DNA of 64,000 nt, taken from Octopus sinensis. Its lineage: Eukaryota. Of this stretch, positions 41,179 through 55,932 are shown piece after piece (within the stretch, counting starts at the first letter, position 1; each line of letters begins with the position of its first letter). The notes below the pieces were generated by a model. The model was not told the DNA's origin, ran no database searches, and saw only the letters and a list, made by a program, of their open reading frames with translations. The stretch lies in contig NW_021832375.1 of assembly GCF_006345805.1 (NCBI RefSeq), forward strand, positions 248,001 to 312,000, written 5' to 3'. The translations under genes and the position numbers were made by a program.

Positions 41179-42018
41179 ATAAGTATAAAATAACAGCCCA
41201 CAAATGTCTATTTTGCCTTTGTTTCTATGGCTGCCTCATGTGTCGATAGAGAAAATGGTGAAATACGACAGAGAGTGATCTGGGAGGGAGGGTTAGTTTA
41301 TAAGTTTGTGAAAGGAAGGTAGTAGAGGGAGGAGGAATGGTGGATATGGTTGGGGATGAGAAACAGTAGGGCATCATATGTGCATGTAGGTACATGAGGG
41401 AGAATGGAGGAGAATGCGACATGTGCGGGGGAGGCATTGTTGGGGGACAAACAGGCGCTTATGCCCTTGATTTAGGTTGGTGGTTGTTCTCAAGCACAGA
41501 AAACTGCCAAGTGACTGTTAGGCTCAACATTTCAAGATCATTACTCACCATTTCGTCCCATTCTTCCTGGGAGTTCATTAGGGAAATCTGGAGGTGAGAG
41601 AACAATGCCATATCATAGATTGGGCTCCGATAGATGAATTCCACCGAGGTCGATTTTGCCTTTCATCCTTTCGGGGTCGTACTGGGGTCGATCTAATCGA
41701 CTGGCGCCGTCGCCAAAGGATCCTGGCCTTGTGCCTAGAGTAGAAAATAATATTGTCCTTTAGAATAGGAACTAAAATGATTTTGTTGTTTAAAGGTAAT
41801 CAGGTGATTTAATGACAAAGTGTTTGTTCGTTTTACATTTTTAGTAAGCTTACTGATTGATTATTGTTGTTGGCGCTTTTGCTTAACCAGATGTTATGGT
41901 GAAACTTGTTCCAATAGTGAACAGCCTGTTTTTTTTTACTGTCATTACGTCCACTATTCAACCATTACATCTATTCAATATTGCCTTTATTCAAGTAGAA
42001 GGCTGCTTTGCAGCTCAG

Positions 42019-42055
<37 letters not shown>

Positions 42056-43508
42056 TTGTCTCTTTCTCGCTCCCTTTCACTATCTGCAAGTTTCAATGCA
42101 GTAAATAATATCATCCTCTCCCTTTTATCATCTGCTCTCTATGCTCCCATGTACTGGATGGGTGGTCACTGTCCATGTCATTTCTTATTAACAGTAAACT
42201 ACCCATAATGATTGCTTGAGGATTACCCCTCAATTAACCATTCCAGCAGCTTTTTCATGGTGGTATGCCCTTCTTATCACCAACCACTTTACAAAGGGTC
42301 CTGGGTGAATATAATTGTGGCACAAACACTACAAGAGATTGCCATGTCCTCGGCAAGATTAAACCTCCCTCTCAAACTTACGGTGTCAACTCTCATCCAA
42401 CAACCACCTCCTAGTGTGTAGTGGGAGCATTTGATCATAGCACCAGCATTAGTGAGGTTGAGTCACATTCCAAATTATTAGAAAGTTAGTCCTCACTACT
42501 CTATGATGTGTTTGTTCACTGATATGTTTAAGATGGGAGAAGAGATTATAGAAGAATCGGAATGCAGACTAAAAGATACGAGACAATAAGGATAAAAAAA
42601 GTGATTCGAAGAAGCGGTGGAGGCTGACAACAGTAAATGATGGAGACTGAGTTACAACGGTGTGTGAGGTACCAGAGTGCTTAATTATTTATTAACATTC
42701 CTTGGTTGCTCACTCTCACTGTTTCTCTTGCCCTCCTCCTCTCACTGGGTAATCATGTATGTCTTCTACTATAAGACACCTGTTTCAATCCCTCTGTCAC
42801 AGTCGAACCTGTCATCCTCTGGCACACGACCACCTCCTCCTCCAATGCTCTCCCTCTCAAAGGCTTTTTGTCTTGCAAGTTCTTTGGTGACCCCCACCAG
42901 TGCTTGTGGATCCAGATCCCACTGTAAGGTTGTTGGTGTTGGGAAGAGTATCCAGCTGTAAAATCCTGCCAAATCAGACAGTGAAGCCTGGTGCATTCTT
43001 CTCCCTAGCCAGCCCCTGACAAAACGTACAAACCCTGCCAGAATGGGGAACCGACGTTCAATGATGATAGTGGTAGTGATGGTAGGTAGCGATGGATACT
43101 AATTACTTGCAAATACATCAAAGTTATACATGTTAAATTAGGAGAGAGACTGACCAAATCTCAACTGAGATAATGGATAATTACAGGTTTCTGGATTGCC
43201 ATAAATACTAGTAATTACTAAAAGATCACATGGGTAATTACAGGGTTATATATTTCTGTGAATATTTTCATATATATCTGTATATTTGTAAAACACTAAT
43301 TGGTATTTTAAATCAGAGCATTTAGAATTAGCCCAGCATTAAGGAAGTGGAGTGCAGAAAGTTATTGACTATAAATTATCAATAATTATTCGTTATCTCT
43401 AAATCGGTAAAAGGCAATTTCTGTTTTGTTTATTCGAATTTTATTTACCTCATTCATTCATAGAATTGGTGTTGGGGCTATCTAATTTTTAACGTCTAAC
43501 ATGGGGTC

Positions 43509-43543
<35 letters not shown>

Positions 43544-44279
43544 AAGAGAGAGAGAGAAAGAAAGAGAGAGAGAGAAAGAAAGAGAGAGAGAGAAGAGAGA
43601 GAGAGAGAAAGAAAGAGAGAGAGAGAAAGAAAGAGAGAAGGAGAAAGAGAGAGAGAGAGAGAGATCATAAATCTTAGGATTGGTCGTGTAATAGCTACTC
43701 AGGCCATATTTAGTACTCACATACATACACACACATATATATAACAATACGCAGCTGGTCACAGCCTCTGTAAAAAACACCCAGATCTAACCCGTCAAAT
43801 ATTCCATTCTTTCATCTTGTTAAACATCACAGAGTTAACTTACAAAATACAGTGTTTTGTTTTGTGGGGTGGAGTGTGGTAGCAGTCGGGATGCAATAAA
43901 TTATTTCCTCATTGTACAGTATGTGGTTGTACATGTGTAGACCTTCTAGTATTAACCACAATTGAAGTGGTCAAGGTATACATAGCCAAATCATCACGGA
44001 TATCGCTCTTCAGTAACAAACTCCGCTGGTGTATATCAGTGTTTCCAGCTTGTAACCCCACTGATGTTGCTATTTCCGTGTTTATCTACAATAAATGAAA
44101 TGGAAAGTGTCTTGAAAATGGTGTGGTAGGAATGTTGTGCAATGTTTTTGTTAAATTGAGAAGATTTGATTTGTTTGTGACTCGAATTGCGTAGGAAGTT
44201 GCTGTTACAAATTAATATTACCCATTCATGTCTTTTGAAAATTTAATATAATTTTATTTCTGTTGTTATTGTTATTCAG

Positions 44280-47087
44280 ATGATCACTACATGCAGATAC
44301 CACGTTTTGACTGTAAAAGTATTATGAAGTCGCATTCATCCAAATTCCGTCCCCTTTGCCCAGCTGTGTCCAAAATATTGCAGCTCACAGACTCCGATAA
44401 TGATTCCAAGAACCTGGTCACAGTTTCAAGAATCGTTGAAATCTGCAATGGAATAGTAACCTATTCACCAGATTTGAAGTTAATAAGTTGTGCCACAACA
44501 GGCGGTGATTTTGATTTTCATTGTTCTTCTAATGTCACAGACATGACAAGAATTGGTGAACACACTGTTCTAGCCACAATTCCTTTCCGCAAGAAAATAG
44601 TTTTCATTAATCCATCAAGTTTCCACATAAAATCTCTGGATTATAGTTTCTTTACAATTTCCTATTTCGAACATTCTACATTTGTAGGGACTGAAATGTT
44701 TAGTAAGACAATATATCTCATAGACTGGGATAAAAATAAATTTGAAGAAAAATTTAGTGTGCAAGAAATTGTTGGAAACATAGCAGTTGGTCCACAGTAT
44801 CATATCTTAATAGCCTTAGCTAATATAAATAGAATTAGCTGTTACACAATAGATGGCAGACACTTGTTTCAGTTGAGGACCCATTCCATCGATATTCCAA
44901 CCGACCTCACCGTATATCGAAATTATTCTTACGCTCTGCAAGGAAATGTAATTTACAAGATTTCAGCAAACGGTGCTGTGTCCCAAAGAGAAATTGGGAT
45001 AAAAGCTCGATATATTTGTGTGGCAACAAATAATATTTACTTGACTGACCGTTTTGGTCTTGTACATATTATTAGGACAAATAAAGATTTTTGGCCTCGG
45101 CTGTCTTACCATCACCAAGACCATGTCCCGAGCCTGATAAACCAAATCCATATTGATGACCCCTCCAACATTACAACGATTCTACCTATGTCAGCCTCTT
45201 CAGTAGTAATTATATATCGGGATCTAAAAGCTATATTAGTTACTGGCGAAGGGCAACCGTTTGGTGGAAAATGTTTAACCTTTAAACTCCAGCCTTCTGT
45301 TTTCTGCAGAGTGGATTCGAACACATTTATTGTCCTTTTTAGTGAGGACAGGAAACTTCAATATATTACCTGTCCACAACTAACTGAATGTGATTTAATA
45401 GACGTCGAAAACAATTACATTCAAATGTGTCATATGGTATCAAATAGGTGTTTGGCTCTGACCACCAATGAAGGTAACGTGGAGGTACATATTTTATTGA
45501 TTAAAACGGATCATGTCGACATTGTAAACAGAATTACATTGGAACATGACAATGTCGCCATTGCTGCTACTCCAATTAATTTTGTAGTTGTAGACAGAAA
45601 GAAACGTAACTTGTTATTTTATTCAAGCTTTGGTGAGGAGCTTTCCAAGAAACACATTGAGTTCAATGGCTATCCTCATCATGTTTTCACAGACAAATTA
45701 TACTTCTATGTTATCTTCAGGAGAGAGTCTTTGATGACTTGTTACAATATAACTGGACAAAGGAAATGGCAGTTGAAACTTCCTTCAAACTTTCGCTGTC
45801 ACGCTGCTGTTTTCCAAGGAACAGCTTATGTGCTGGACGATCTGCTCAGTCGGATTCTTCTTTACAAGTACCATGACTGGTCAGACTGTCATGTAACCTT
45901 TCAAAATCCTTATAATAAAAATCTAAATATTCGACTCGAAGAAAAGGAGAATGACCAAGTTCTCATTGGTGAAATATGTCATCTGGCAAATGGACAGTTG
46001 GTGTTGTCCGACATATATAATGATTGTTTGTTATACATTTCCAACGAAGGGAACATTGTGTCTAGATTATCTCTGCCGTCTACAGCTACAGATGTATGTC
46101 GATGGAATTATAATCAGATAGGCGTCACATTACCTCTAGAGAAGCAATTACGGGTCTTCGGAAACGTATCAAAGGCAGTTATAAGTGTAGCATTAAACCA
46201 GGCTTATGTACGGGTGTGTAAGCTGGGTGAAAGTCATATTATTTGTTATTGCGATAAACCATCGCATTTAGATATTTTAAACATTAAAAATTGTAATCAA
46301 GTTCAAATAATTCATAAAATTAATATTCCTTTTGTAATGAAATCATTATCGTTAGAAAATGAAACACTAAAACTATTGATTGTTGGTAAGAAAGCAGTAT
46401 TCTTCTACAAGATCATCAGGAAGAGGAGAAGAAGTGTTTTACCATCCCAAGTGAAAACACCCTCCAATCTCTATGGTTATGACGGTGGTCCTTATAGCAT
46501 TGAGATGATACCCAATATTTTACTGTCGCAAGGGAAAACACAATCCAATCTCTATGGTGGACGTATTGATAAAATGTGTGTCCATTTGATAGACAACAGC
46601 CGCATGTTTGCTGTAAATGAGCATGACTTGCTGGTGAAAGATCATGTCACAAGAAGCCAAATTAACATGTTCATCGATCTGGTAGATGTATTTTCTAGAA
46701 ACATCAGTCTCAGTGAAATGTTGTCTACAAGATCTCACTGTTTCTGATAAAGCTCATGAAGTTGTTGTCCCTCAAAGTTTTGGAGATAGACATCCAGTGG
46801 AGATTGGTTGTTTGGTTATTACAGAAAATAACCTGGTTGCTTTATATGACAGCACAAATCAAAACATTAAGATATTAACTTTTGATGGTCAACTTGTTGA
46901 CTCTATCAAGTTAAATGTTGTCCCTAGACATATGTGTTGCTGGCGATCAAACACATTGGTTATAACGACCAATAACCATCAACCTCTGACATTAAAAGTG
47001 GAATTTCCATTGATCTTGGCAACTTACCACACGGAAAATCGATACAATTGTATCGCTTGTCGATCCGACAATCTACTGGTGTGTAGC

Positions 47088-47149
<62 letters not shown>

Positions 47150-49081
47150 CAGTAATGTTGGTGGTGGTACCTGCATACCCGAAATTGAAAACGGCCTGTT
47201 TTATATATATATCGATGAAATACAGTCAGCTGTCCGTATTATGAGAGAAATAGACTTATTTTGGATGTGCTACAGATATAATATCACCCATATCTCAGTT
47301 ATTGCTAATGACAACATAATTGTCAATACCGAGAGGCTCATCACTATTCTGAACCCGAACGGGCAATATTTATATTCATTTAAGCACAGTATTTATTCCC
47401 GACCCATTTCTATGGCAACCGATGATACTTATTTGTACATTACTGGGCGGAAGAATATCTATGAAAACACGAAAAAGTATCGTATTGTCTCATTGTTGCA
47501 GAACGGTGAATACAAGAGAATATTCTTAAATGAAAGACATTATAAACGTCCGTTGGATTTCAACAGTATTAACTGTAAAGGCCCGAGGATTGTTGCAAAC
47601 TATGACTCGTACTTATATATTGAAGGTTTGTACAAGATTAATCGGCAAAAATTCCCCGTTTCACGGTTACAAACAAACAATTGTCCTGTTCAAGTAAAAG
47701 ACAGTTGTGTGTGAAATGGCCAATAATGGAAATGTTAAACTATTTGATGAAGACGGGAAGTTGCTATGTTATAGAGATTTTGGAAGTTTTGTTGGTGGTG
47801 TATGTTTTACAGGAGAAAGAAATATCTTGGTCACAGTCCCTAACAGACAAGAAATATTTCAACTGAAGTCACAAAACTTGGAGAAATATAAAGTTTGGGA
47901 AAGTCGAGTACCTTATGGTATAATATGGAGAAAAGTGGGAAATATTTACTGGTGTGTACATATCAACATGATTGAATGTGATACTATAAAAATTGATGGG
48001 GACCAACTGAAGGTTCTGGAATCTATGTCGTTATCGAATATGATTTTGGCCTTACTTCCCTTCCATTACATTTCAGAAGAACAAGGGAATGTTCAGTAAT
48101 GAATTATTTAACAAACTTAAAAACGGTGGCGATGGAGGAGAAAGAAGAAGTACATCAAGGGAAATAGAAGTAAGACGTGGTAATTACATAGCGGAAAGTA
48201 TGTTAGGAATTGATGAAATATCAGTGAGAAGACTGCCACATAGAACAGCAATGTTCCCGCTTTCATTTTCTCTATCTGGTTTACTAGATTCAAATTCGAT
48301 GTTTTGTTTTCTTAATGCTTTTAAGCTAATTATGTTACAAGACAATAGTATCGTCGTGCTCCTCCATAAATGTACTCTCATGGTCACCAGTGGAGACGGT
48401 CATCTGCTTTACAGTCAAACATTTGAAAAAGAAGCTCAAGATATATGTCAATGGACCGATGAATCATTTGTAGTCCTCTTTCGTGACGATAAACAACTGA
48501 TGTTCTTCGATACAGATTTGTGTCTTTTAAAAAAGATCACAACTGAAAAACCATACAATTTAATGTACAAAAAGAACGCCAATAATCTGGTATGTGTGTT
48601 TGAAGACGCTCCAAATGAATGTAGTAATATTCCATATGGGACATACGCAGACATACTTCACATTGGCGGTGAAATGTACGAGTATAAGGGCCGAGTGAAT
48701 TTAGGGAAAGAGGGGAAGGTTGTAGCTATGGGTGTGACATCGAATGAAGACATCGTCGTTCTTAAGTACAAGGAAGATCATTACGATGTATGTTGGTACA
48801 GAGACAATTGGGTAAGAAGTCAACAACTAATGATTCAAGGTGAGGAACCATTTCCAAACATTTTCAACAAATCCTTGACCATCCACGGCGAAAATATTTA
48901 CATATCAGATTGTAATAACAATATCCACCAAGTATCTGTAGACAGCAAATGCGAAATCTTTCTCAGCTCTCAGGAAATTGAAGTCTGCCACATCAAGGCC
49001 ATACATGTTTCGGATTATTTCATCATGATTTACGGAAATTTGGACAACCGTTTTGATGGATTATTTTATTATGAGAGATAA
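44280..49081 (+). pseudogene. Large terminal exon encoding tandem NHL-like beta-propeller repeats (~1600 aa if joined), with three frameshifts
   Basis: Overlapping ORFs 44291-46747, 46686-47714, 47707-48099 and 48089-49081 in shifting frames. Blade motifs GQLVLSDIYNDCLLYISNEGNIV, LVALYDSTNQNIKILTFDGQLV, NGNVKLFDEDGKLL, NIYISDCNNNIHQV. Acceptor ttattcag at 44279; AATAAA near 49203. Confidence 0.75.
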
Positions 49082-49541
49082 GGCCCTATATTGAATCAAT
49101 ATATGTTACGAGCAATTGGCATTACACACAAAATACGTAGGTTTTAACCTGGATCCTTGAACAAAGATAGTTACCATAATGATTTCTAATTAGTTAATTG
49201 ATAATAAAATATTAATGAACTAGAAACAGTGTATGTATTCCACTGGAATAGCGTTTCACCCCCCATCCACACACACTCACACACAATGACGACATTATCT
49301 GATTCAAATTGTTACTCTTACATGTTAACAATCTTATAAAAGAAACACAAAACTCCATTTAAATTCTTATCTTTTCTCACCATGTCGTCTTTCCTCTCAA
49401 CAAATCTTTCAAATGTTTTTTTTTCTTTACTTGAATATATTTTATATATTTAACCCTAATTTAAAGATAATGCTTAATCTTAGAAAGTTTGTTTGAATTA
49501 ATCACAAAATTATATTCATAAACCAATGCTCGGAATATATA

Positions 49542-49923
49542 TCTCTCTATATATAAACGGCAGTTTGTCTGTGCGTTTTCTGTGTGTCTGTTTTCTCGTA
49601 CCCTCACCCTGACCACGGCTTTCAACCGATTCTGATGAAACTTGACACACACATAGCCCAATGTCATAGTTCAAAACTAACGCAGCGAAAATTTTGAAAA
49701 GTTCCCCCAGTTCTGAAAAAAATCGATAAATTCGACATGGGGTCGAGAATCAGAAACACAAATTGCAAACTGTCTAGGGGACTCAACTCCACCTTTTTTA
49801 ACTAAAAAAAAAATTTACCATCATTTTTTTCCATCTTTTTGCTGTTTTTTGGATATAACTCTCTAAAAATGCTTTATAGTTATTTACCTTACAAGCCTGA
49901 GCAACGCCGGGCGATACTGCTAG
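49542..49923 (+). mobile_element. Non-autonomous Helitron
   Basis: A/TCTCTCTATATATAAA 5' end; GC hairpin gcctgagcaacgccgggc then CTAG/T 3' end; no TSD. Confidence 0.75.
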
Positions 49924-51799
49924 TTACATTGTAAAGCTACGGCAGAACATATTCTAAAATATATATTACATCATACGTTATAGAGCTGTGTGATTCATCT
50001 CAATGTAAATAAATAATATATTATTCAACAAAAATACGTTTTCCTGATTTTCTTATTTTTAAAAACTGTTTTGATATTAATGGGGTTTGATAGGTCTAGT
50101 TTGCAAATCTTTGATACTATTTCAGCATGTCACAGAGAGAATCTGTTCCAGATATTTTGTTGTAATTTCGATGAAGAGCAGCTGTTCTAAATTTTCAGTG
50201 GCAACACAGAACTTGGTAAGGACTACCACAGATCTTCATTGTAGATTTAGACAAGATCGATATAAGCTGTGCGGGTAGAATTTGTAGAGACTGCATGGAA
50301 TCAGGCATTGTATTGGCCACCTGTCTGAAATATGTTTACAACAACATTAAGTTCATTTGCGGATGCACGCACACAAACACACACACACACATCCGCAAAC
50401 ATACATACACAGGCATACAAACACACACCGACACATATATACACAGTGTTTGTTCTAAAGAGGATTAAATTTGATTCGTTTGTGTAAGAAACGATGGTCA
50501 GGCTATTAGAGAAACCCAACTTAGAATCTCAGACGTTCCCACCGATCATAATGGGTCTCGATTAAAAAATGCGTGTGTGTGTGTGTGTGTGTGTACATAC
50601 ATATATACATATGTACAAGTACACACATCGCCCATGCCATTCTCTTTGTCATCATTTAACGTCTACTTTTCCATGCTCGCATGGGTCAGACAGAATTTAT
50701 TGAGGCAGATTTTCTATAGCTGGACGCAATTGCTGCTTCCAACTCTCACCTGTTCCCAAGCACGGCAATATTTTCCGACGGCCGGACATCACTTGTATTG
50801 ATGGTAAGGCCGTTTTTAGTCATCACATGATATCAAGTACACACATGATGAGCTTCTTTCAGTTTCCGGTTACTAAATCCACATACAAATCCTTTGGTTA
50901 ACCTTTGACCTAAAGGAGAAGATAAATAGCCCAAGTTACCGTGAAGTGGGACTGAACTCGCGACCACATACTTAGGAAGAAAGCTTTTGAACCACACAAC
51001 CATGGGTTATCAATCTTCTGAAGGTCATCATTTACTGTTTCGAAACCAATTCTATGCCCTATAGCTGAAATCCCCTTTTTCAGAAAACTGAATCGCTTCA
51101 AATTGGTTGAAAAGGGTCAGTGCTCCGATACATTTCAAAATATTAAACTTCATTCAGAGAATTAGCGTAGATGAGATGCAGCTTTTGTTTTATGCCAAGG
51201 AGAAATACTACTGAGGCTCAGTTTCAAGCAAGGCAAGGGCAGAGGGATTGGTTGGACAGAGCTCTCTGACCTACTGTCCGTAACATCCCACCTACACCAG
51301 CCTGAAAGAGAGAAGCTGGACATTCCTAGGATGATGTTCACGACTATGATGATGGTGATGGAAGAGAATTGTTTGAGTAATATAGGAAAATTCCATCTTT
51401 CAAGTTGGTATGACATTGTGTTTGAATGACTCTCCAACATTTTGCTGAATAAAAATTATAGAAACATGTTTCTATATAAGGGAGTTATGCTGAGCTGGGG
51501 GGGGGGTCACCGGTTTCCCTGTACACTGAGTTCATCAGGGAATCAAGGAAATTAAAGCCGGTCCTGACTGCCTCGGGGCTGTATTTATTCAACATCTATT
51601 TGTATCATTGGAAGCCTAAGATGAGAATATAGTCTTTACGTGTAGCAGATGTCCAGGTTCTTTAAACACTAGGAACGCGCAAAAGATAGACTCCCTCAAA
51701 AGTCAGGAGGACCCTTAGAAGTAGCAGACTGTTTGCTTAGGTGGCCAAGTTAAATGTTGTGGGGTGAGGTCGTTCCAAAGGCATAACTGCTTGAATAAG

Positions 51800-52290
51800 A
51801 ATAGGCTGGGAAAAGTTCTGAGAGCTACTACATCTGTTAGTGACGATAGGTCACTCCCTCTGAGTGAAATGCAGATTGTATGATGCCTATGTACGAACAG
51901 CGGCGCTACATGATTGCGAAACATTGGCTGTGACTAGTGAAGATATGCGAAGGCTTGAAACAAATAAAGCCAGTATGGTCCGCTGGATGAGTAATATCAG
52001 TGAGCGTATACAACAGTTTGTAAGTGATTTGAGAGAAGGACTGTGTATACGAGGCATTAGATCTAGTGTGCAAGAGAGAAGACTGCGCTGGTATGATCAT
52101 GTAATGCGTATGAATGAAAACTCTCTCATCAAGAGGTGCTGATCTCTAATTGTGAAGGAAACACTGTGGAAGGAGTAGGCCCAAGAAAACGTGGGACGAA
52201 ATGGGGAGAAAGGATCTTCAGACGTTGGGTCTCACAGAAGGGATGACAAGGACCGGTTTGCTATGCTTGAGAAAAGACGTCAGGCGAAGT
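51800..52290 (+). mobile_element. RTE-clade LINE 3' fragment
   Basis: RLYDAYVRTAALHDCETLAVTSEDMRRLE..MVRWM..VQERRLRWYDHVMRM..RPKKTWDE. Confidence 0.85.
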
Positions 52291-52989
52291 AAAATCGTGG
52301 TTGATCTTGCATATAGGCATGTCCCCTGCATCTCTTTTAAGCTGAGCGTACCTAATCTTGTGCGCTCGTGGAGGCTGGTGCAATGTAAAATTCAGCCTCA
52401 CTGGTGCCACATCAACACAATCAGAACACTCTATAAACTGGCTGACGTTAGAAATGGTATCCAGACGTTAGAAAAAGGATCCACTTAAGCGGTGATCTGC
52501 TGTCATTCCGCTTACCATCGCTGTCCGATGATATAAAAAAAAACAATCTTGCGGCTACCCTTTCATTGGACGAGGTGAAAACCATCGTTAGTTTACGATT
52601 AGTGATATTGTTCAGAGAGACTTGCTTAAGAGAACAGCTACTACAATGCGCTGTGTCTTTCGAAAGACATGAACCAGCATCCGAGGTGTAGTGTAGCTCG
52701 GTGTAAAGAACTTAGAAGTATCCGACGACATCGGCGACACGAATCACTCGGCAAATGATCAAAACTGAACGGTGCCGGCAAAGATGGATCCCACCACCAA
52801 AATATACATCCTCTCGTTTCATGACGTCAACATGTGTGTCTATCTGTCTAAGTCTCCCTGGAAGTCGAACCGAACCGCCTTTCTCCAGTGAGTTTCTGAC
52901 TGCTAGCTTTGTTCGGTGTGTCCGTCTTATAGCTTTGTTGTCATGTTTCCCAAATGACGCTAGACGAAAAGAGAAAACCGCGACTTACG

Positions 52990-53720
52990 AGGAAAGAAAA
53001 GAGAGAGAGAGAGAAAGAAAGAGAGAAAGAAAGAGAGATAGAAAGAGAGATAGAAAGGTAGAGAAAAAAGAGTACGTAAAGGAAAACTAAAAGAGTGAAA
53101 GAAAGAAAGAAAAACACAGAAACAAAGGAAGAAAGAAAGAAAGAGGAAAGAATAGTAGAAAGAAGAAAAGAAAGGAAGTATGAAATGAGGAAGGAAATAA
53201 AACAAAGAAAGAAGAGAAAGAAAGAAGGAAATAAAGAAAGAGTGGAAAAAAGAAAGGAAGAATAAACAAACGGCGAAGTTATTTTGCGAAGGAGAAAATA
53301 AGATTGATAACAAATGAGACAGAGAATGAAAGAAAGAAAGAGATAAGAAAGAAGGAAAGGAAGAAGGGAGAAAGTAAAGAAGGAAAGAAAGAAAGAAAGA
53401 GAGAAAGAATAAAAGAAAGAAAGAAAGGAGGAGATAAGAAAGAAGGAAATAAAGAAAAACTGACAGAAAGACAGAAAGAAGGAAGAAAGAACAAAAGAAA
53501 CAGAGATAGAAAGATAGAAGATGGAAAATAGAAAAAAGAAAGAAAGAAGGAAGGAAAGAAGGACTGAAAAAAGGCAGATAAACTGAAAGAAAGAAAGAAT
53601 GAAGAAAGAAAGCAAGTTATATTGAAAGATAGAAGGAAGAAAAGAGAAAAAAGAATGAATGAATAAAAGAAAAAAAGGAAGGAAAAAAGGAATGAACGAG
53701 ATTGAAAGAAATAGGACGTG
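52990..53720. repeat. Purine-rich (GAAA)n low-complexity tract
   Basis: Directly visible. Confidence 0.9.
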
Positions 53721-54324
53721 ATGATGGAATAAAGAGAAGGATGAGAGGGAAGAGATTATCCCAGACGGGGCAAAGATAATTCCTCTTCTGACACCCCGTT
53801 CTTCTTTTCAACTGAATTACTTTCGGTTGGGTTAAATCGAATCTGTGTCTCTGCGAAGACTTCAGAAAACTGCCAAATATGATTGAATGGAAATAAGAGA
53901 TCGAACTGATTATAAAAGGCAAATAAGTTTAGGGAAGAGGAAACTATTGTTTTATTTAAATCTTATATTTTTTACTGGTTTCAGTAATTCGACTGCGGCC
54001 ATGCTGGGGCACCGTTTTGATGAATTACACCTCTAGATTTTTCTTTTATCATTTATGCATACTACTTCTAGTAACGGTGTCTTTTGCCAAACGGCTATGC
54101 CACAAGGACGTAAACAGAGAAACACTGGTTGTCAAGCGGGGTGGCTTCTCAAACGCAAACACAAAGACACACGTGCACAAACATACAAGCACAAACACAT
54201 AAGTATGTATGTATATATGTATACGACGGGCTTTTTTCCGTTTCCATCTACCAAATACACTCACGATATTCTGATGGGGCAGAGGTTATAGTAGAAGGGC
54301 ATCTTTTGAAGCTGTTTATTTAAT

Positions 54325-55170
54325 TGCAAGAGATAAAAGAAACCCCAAACAACATCGGCGAAGAACTTGTATTAGCAGCAGCAATGAAAACATCAATAAT
54401 TATTCATTGAAATAACATGCAGATGAAGCAAGTTAGTCTGCGAAATGATAATGTTGGTATTTATATTTCAGAAATGAATAATGATTAATTGGAGTAAATT
54501 ATGCGAAGGTTTTTAAACAACGTCTCTAAACATGCAATTCAATTAGATGAAGCAAGTAAAATTACAAACTATAGTAATATAGAATAGGGTCCAGGAAGAT
54601 TGGTTCGTTAGATGGAGACTTTGTAGCTAAAAGTAGACGATAGAACTAGGCCTTGGATGGTATAAATGTAATGTAGTATGTAATAAAGATGCAGAAGCTA
54701 TGATAAGGAGGGAAATTGGGGTTCAAGTTAAATTTGTAAGATAAAAACCCTATTTCTGTCACTTATTGCAGTCTTCACTGAGAGGTGTTGGTTTCTCAGA
54801 AAATATTTCCAGATACTTTTGCAATATTACAAGAAGCGGTTAAAATTATTAACGTTATTAAAATTCTTGTTCTCAATAGTTTGACGAAATGGCATCCAAT
54901 TTCTGCAAAGTTTTATGAAGAACAGAAGTGTGATGAATCTGAAATGGAGAAGATTTGAAACAATTGTTTGAACTTTAAGAAAATGAAGACATAATATTCC
55001 TGCTGGGATTAAATTCAGATTTGTTCCACAATGAAGATTCGTTATACAAATTATTCTATTTGTCAGACATTTTTGGACAACTTAATAAACGTAATATGTC
55101 TGTACAAAAGGGAAAACACTGAAATTTCTTATTTAAATAAAAGATTCAAGAAAAATGAAACACATGGTTG
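54325..55170 (+). mobile_element. hAT (Buster/Charlie-type) transposase remnant
   Basis: IGEELVLAAA, SLRNDNV..ISEM, AIQLDEAS, CNKDAEAM, YCSLH*EVL, KLFYLSDIFGQLN, with many stops. Confidence 0.75.
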
Positions 55171-55880
55171 ATCGTAAAGACGGATACCACTTCCCCGCAG
55201 CTGAATTTCGTCGAGATACCTGTGCATCTGTCTCAATCTTCCACCACCGACCAGATATTTCTGCCATCGACCTACACGCTGTTAACAATGGGAACCGGCT
55301 ACTTTCTCTGTCATTGTCGGTCTTAGGTCAGGTGAGGAGGATTCTGATGGTTGGGTAGGGCTGCAACATAACCCTCAGAGAGAAAGAAAGAAAGAATTAG
55401 AGAATGAGAGAGAGAGAGAGAGAAATGTTAGTGAGGAAAAGAGACGACTCAGATGGTGCTTGGATTTGACGGTAATGTCCCACCGACACGCACAGATGCG
55501 GGAGAGGACATCCGAGAAGCTTTCCGACTGGAACAGCGATTTCCAGCAGAAGACCCGTCCTGGGAAGGCAGCCATTCTCACAGATGTGTGCGACGCACCG
55601 AATTTGTTTCCTCATAACTCCCCGACAAACAGACATTATTTAATTAAATTTTCTGTAAATACGCTTCAGATGGTGATCATTCTGATTATATCGGAATTTG
55701 TAGCGGAAAGATGAGTTTCGTAAAATTCACACGAATTGTCTGTGTTTGCTCAGAACTTTAACAAAAATCGGATATTTTCTAAGGTAATTTTCTACAAATA
55801 CGTTACAGTGTGTGTAAAATGCGATTGTATTGGAATTTAATGTGGAAAGTAAAAATAAGAAGCACACACACACACACACA

Positions 55881-55932
<52 letters not shown>

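Noticed and set aside
44291-49081. Four separate genes or programmed frameshifting
   Set aside because: The ORFs overlap in shifted frames with continuous blade motifs and no obvious slippery heptamers; a single disrupted exon is simpler.
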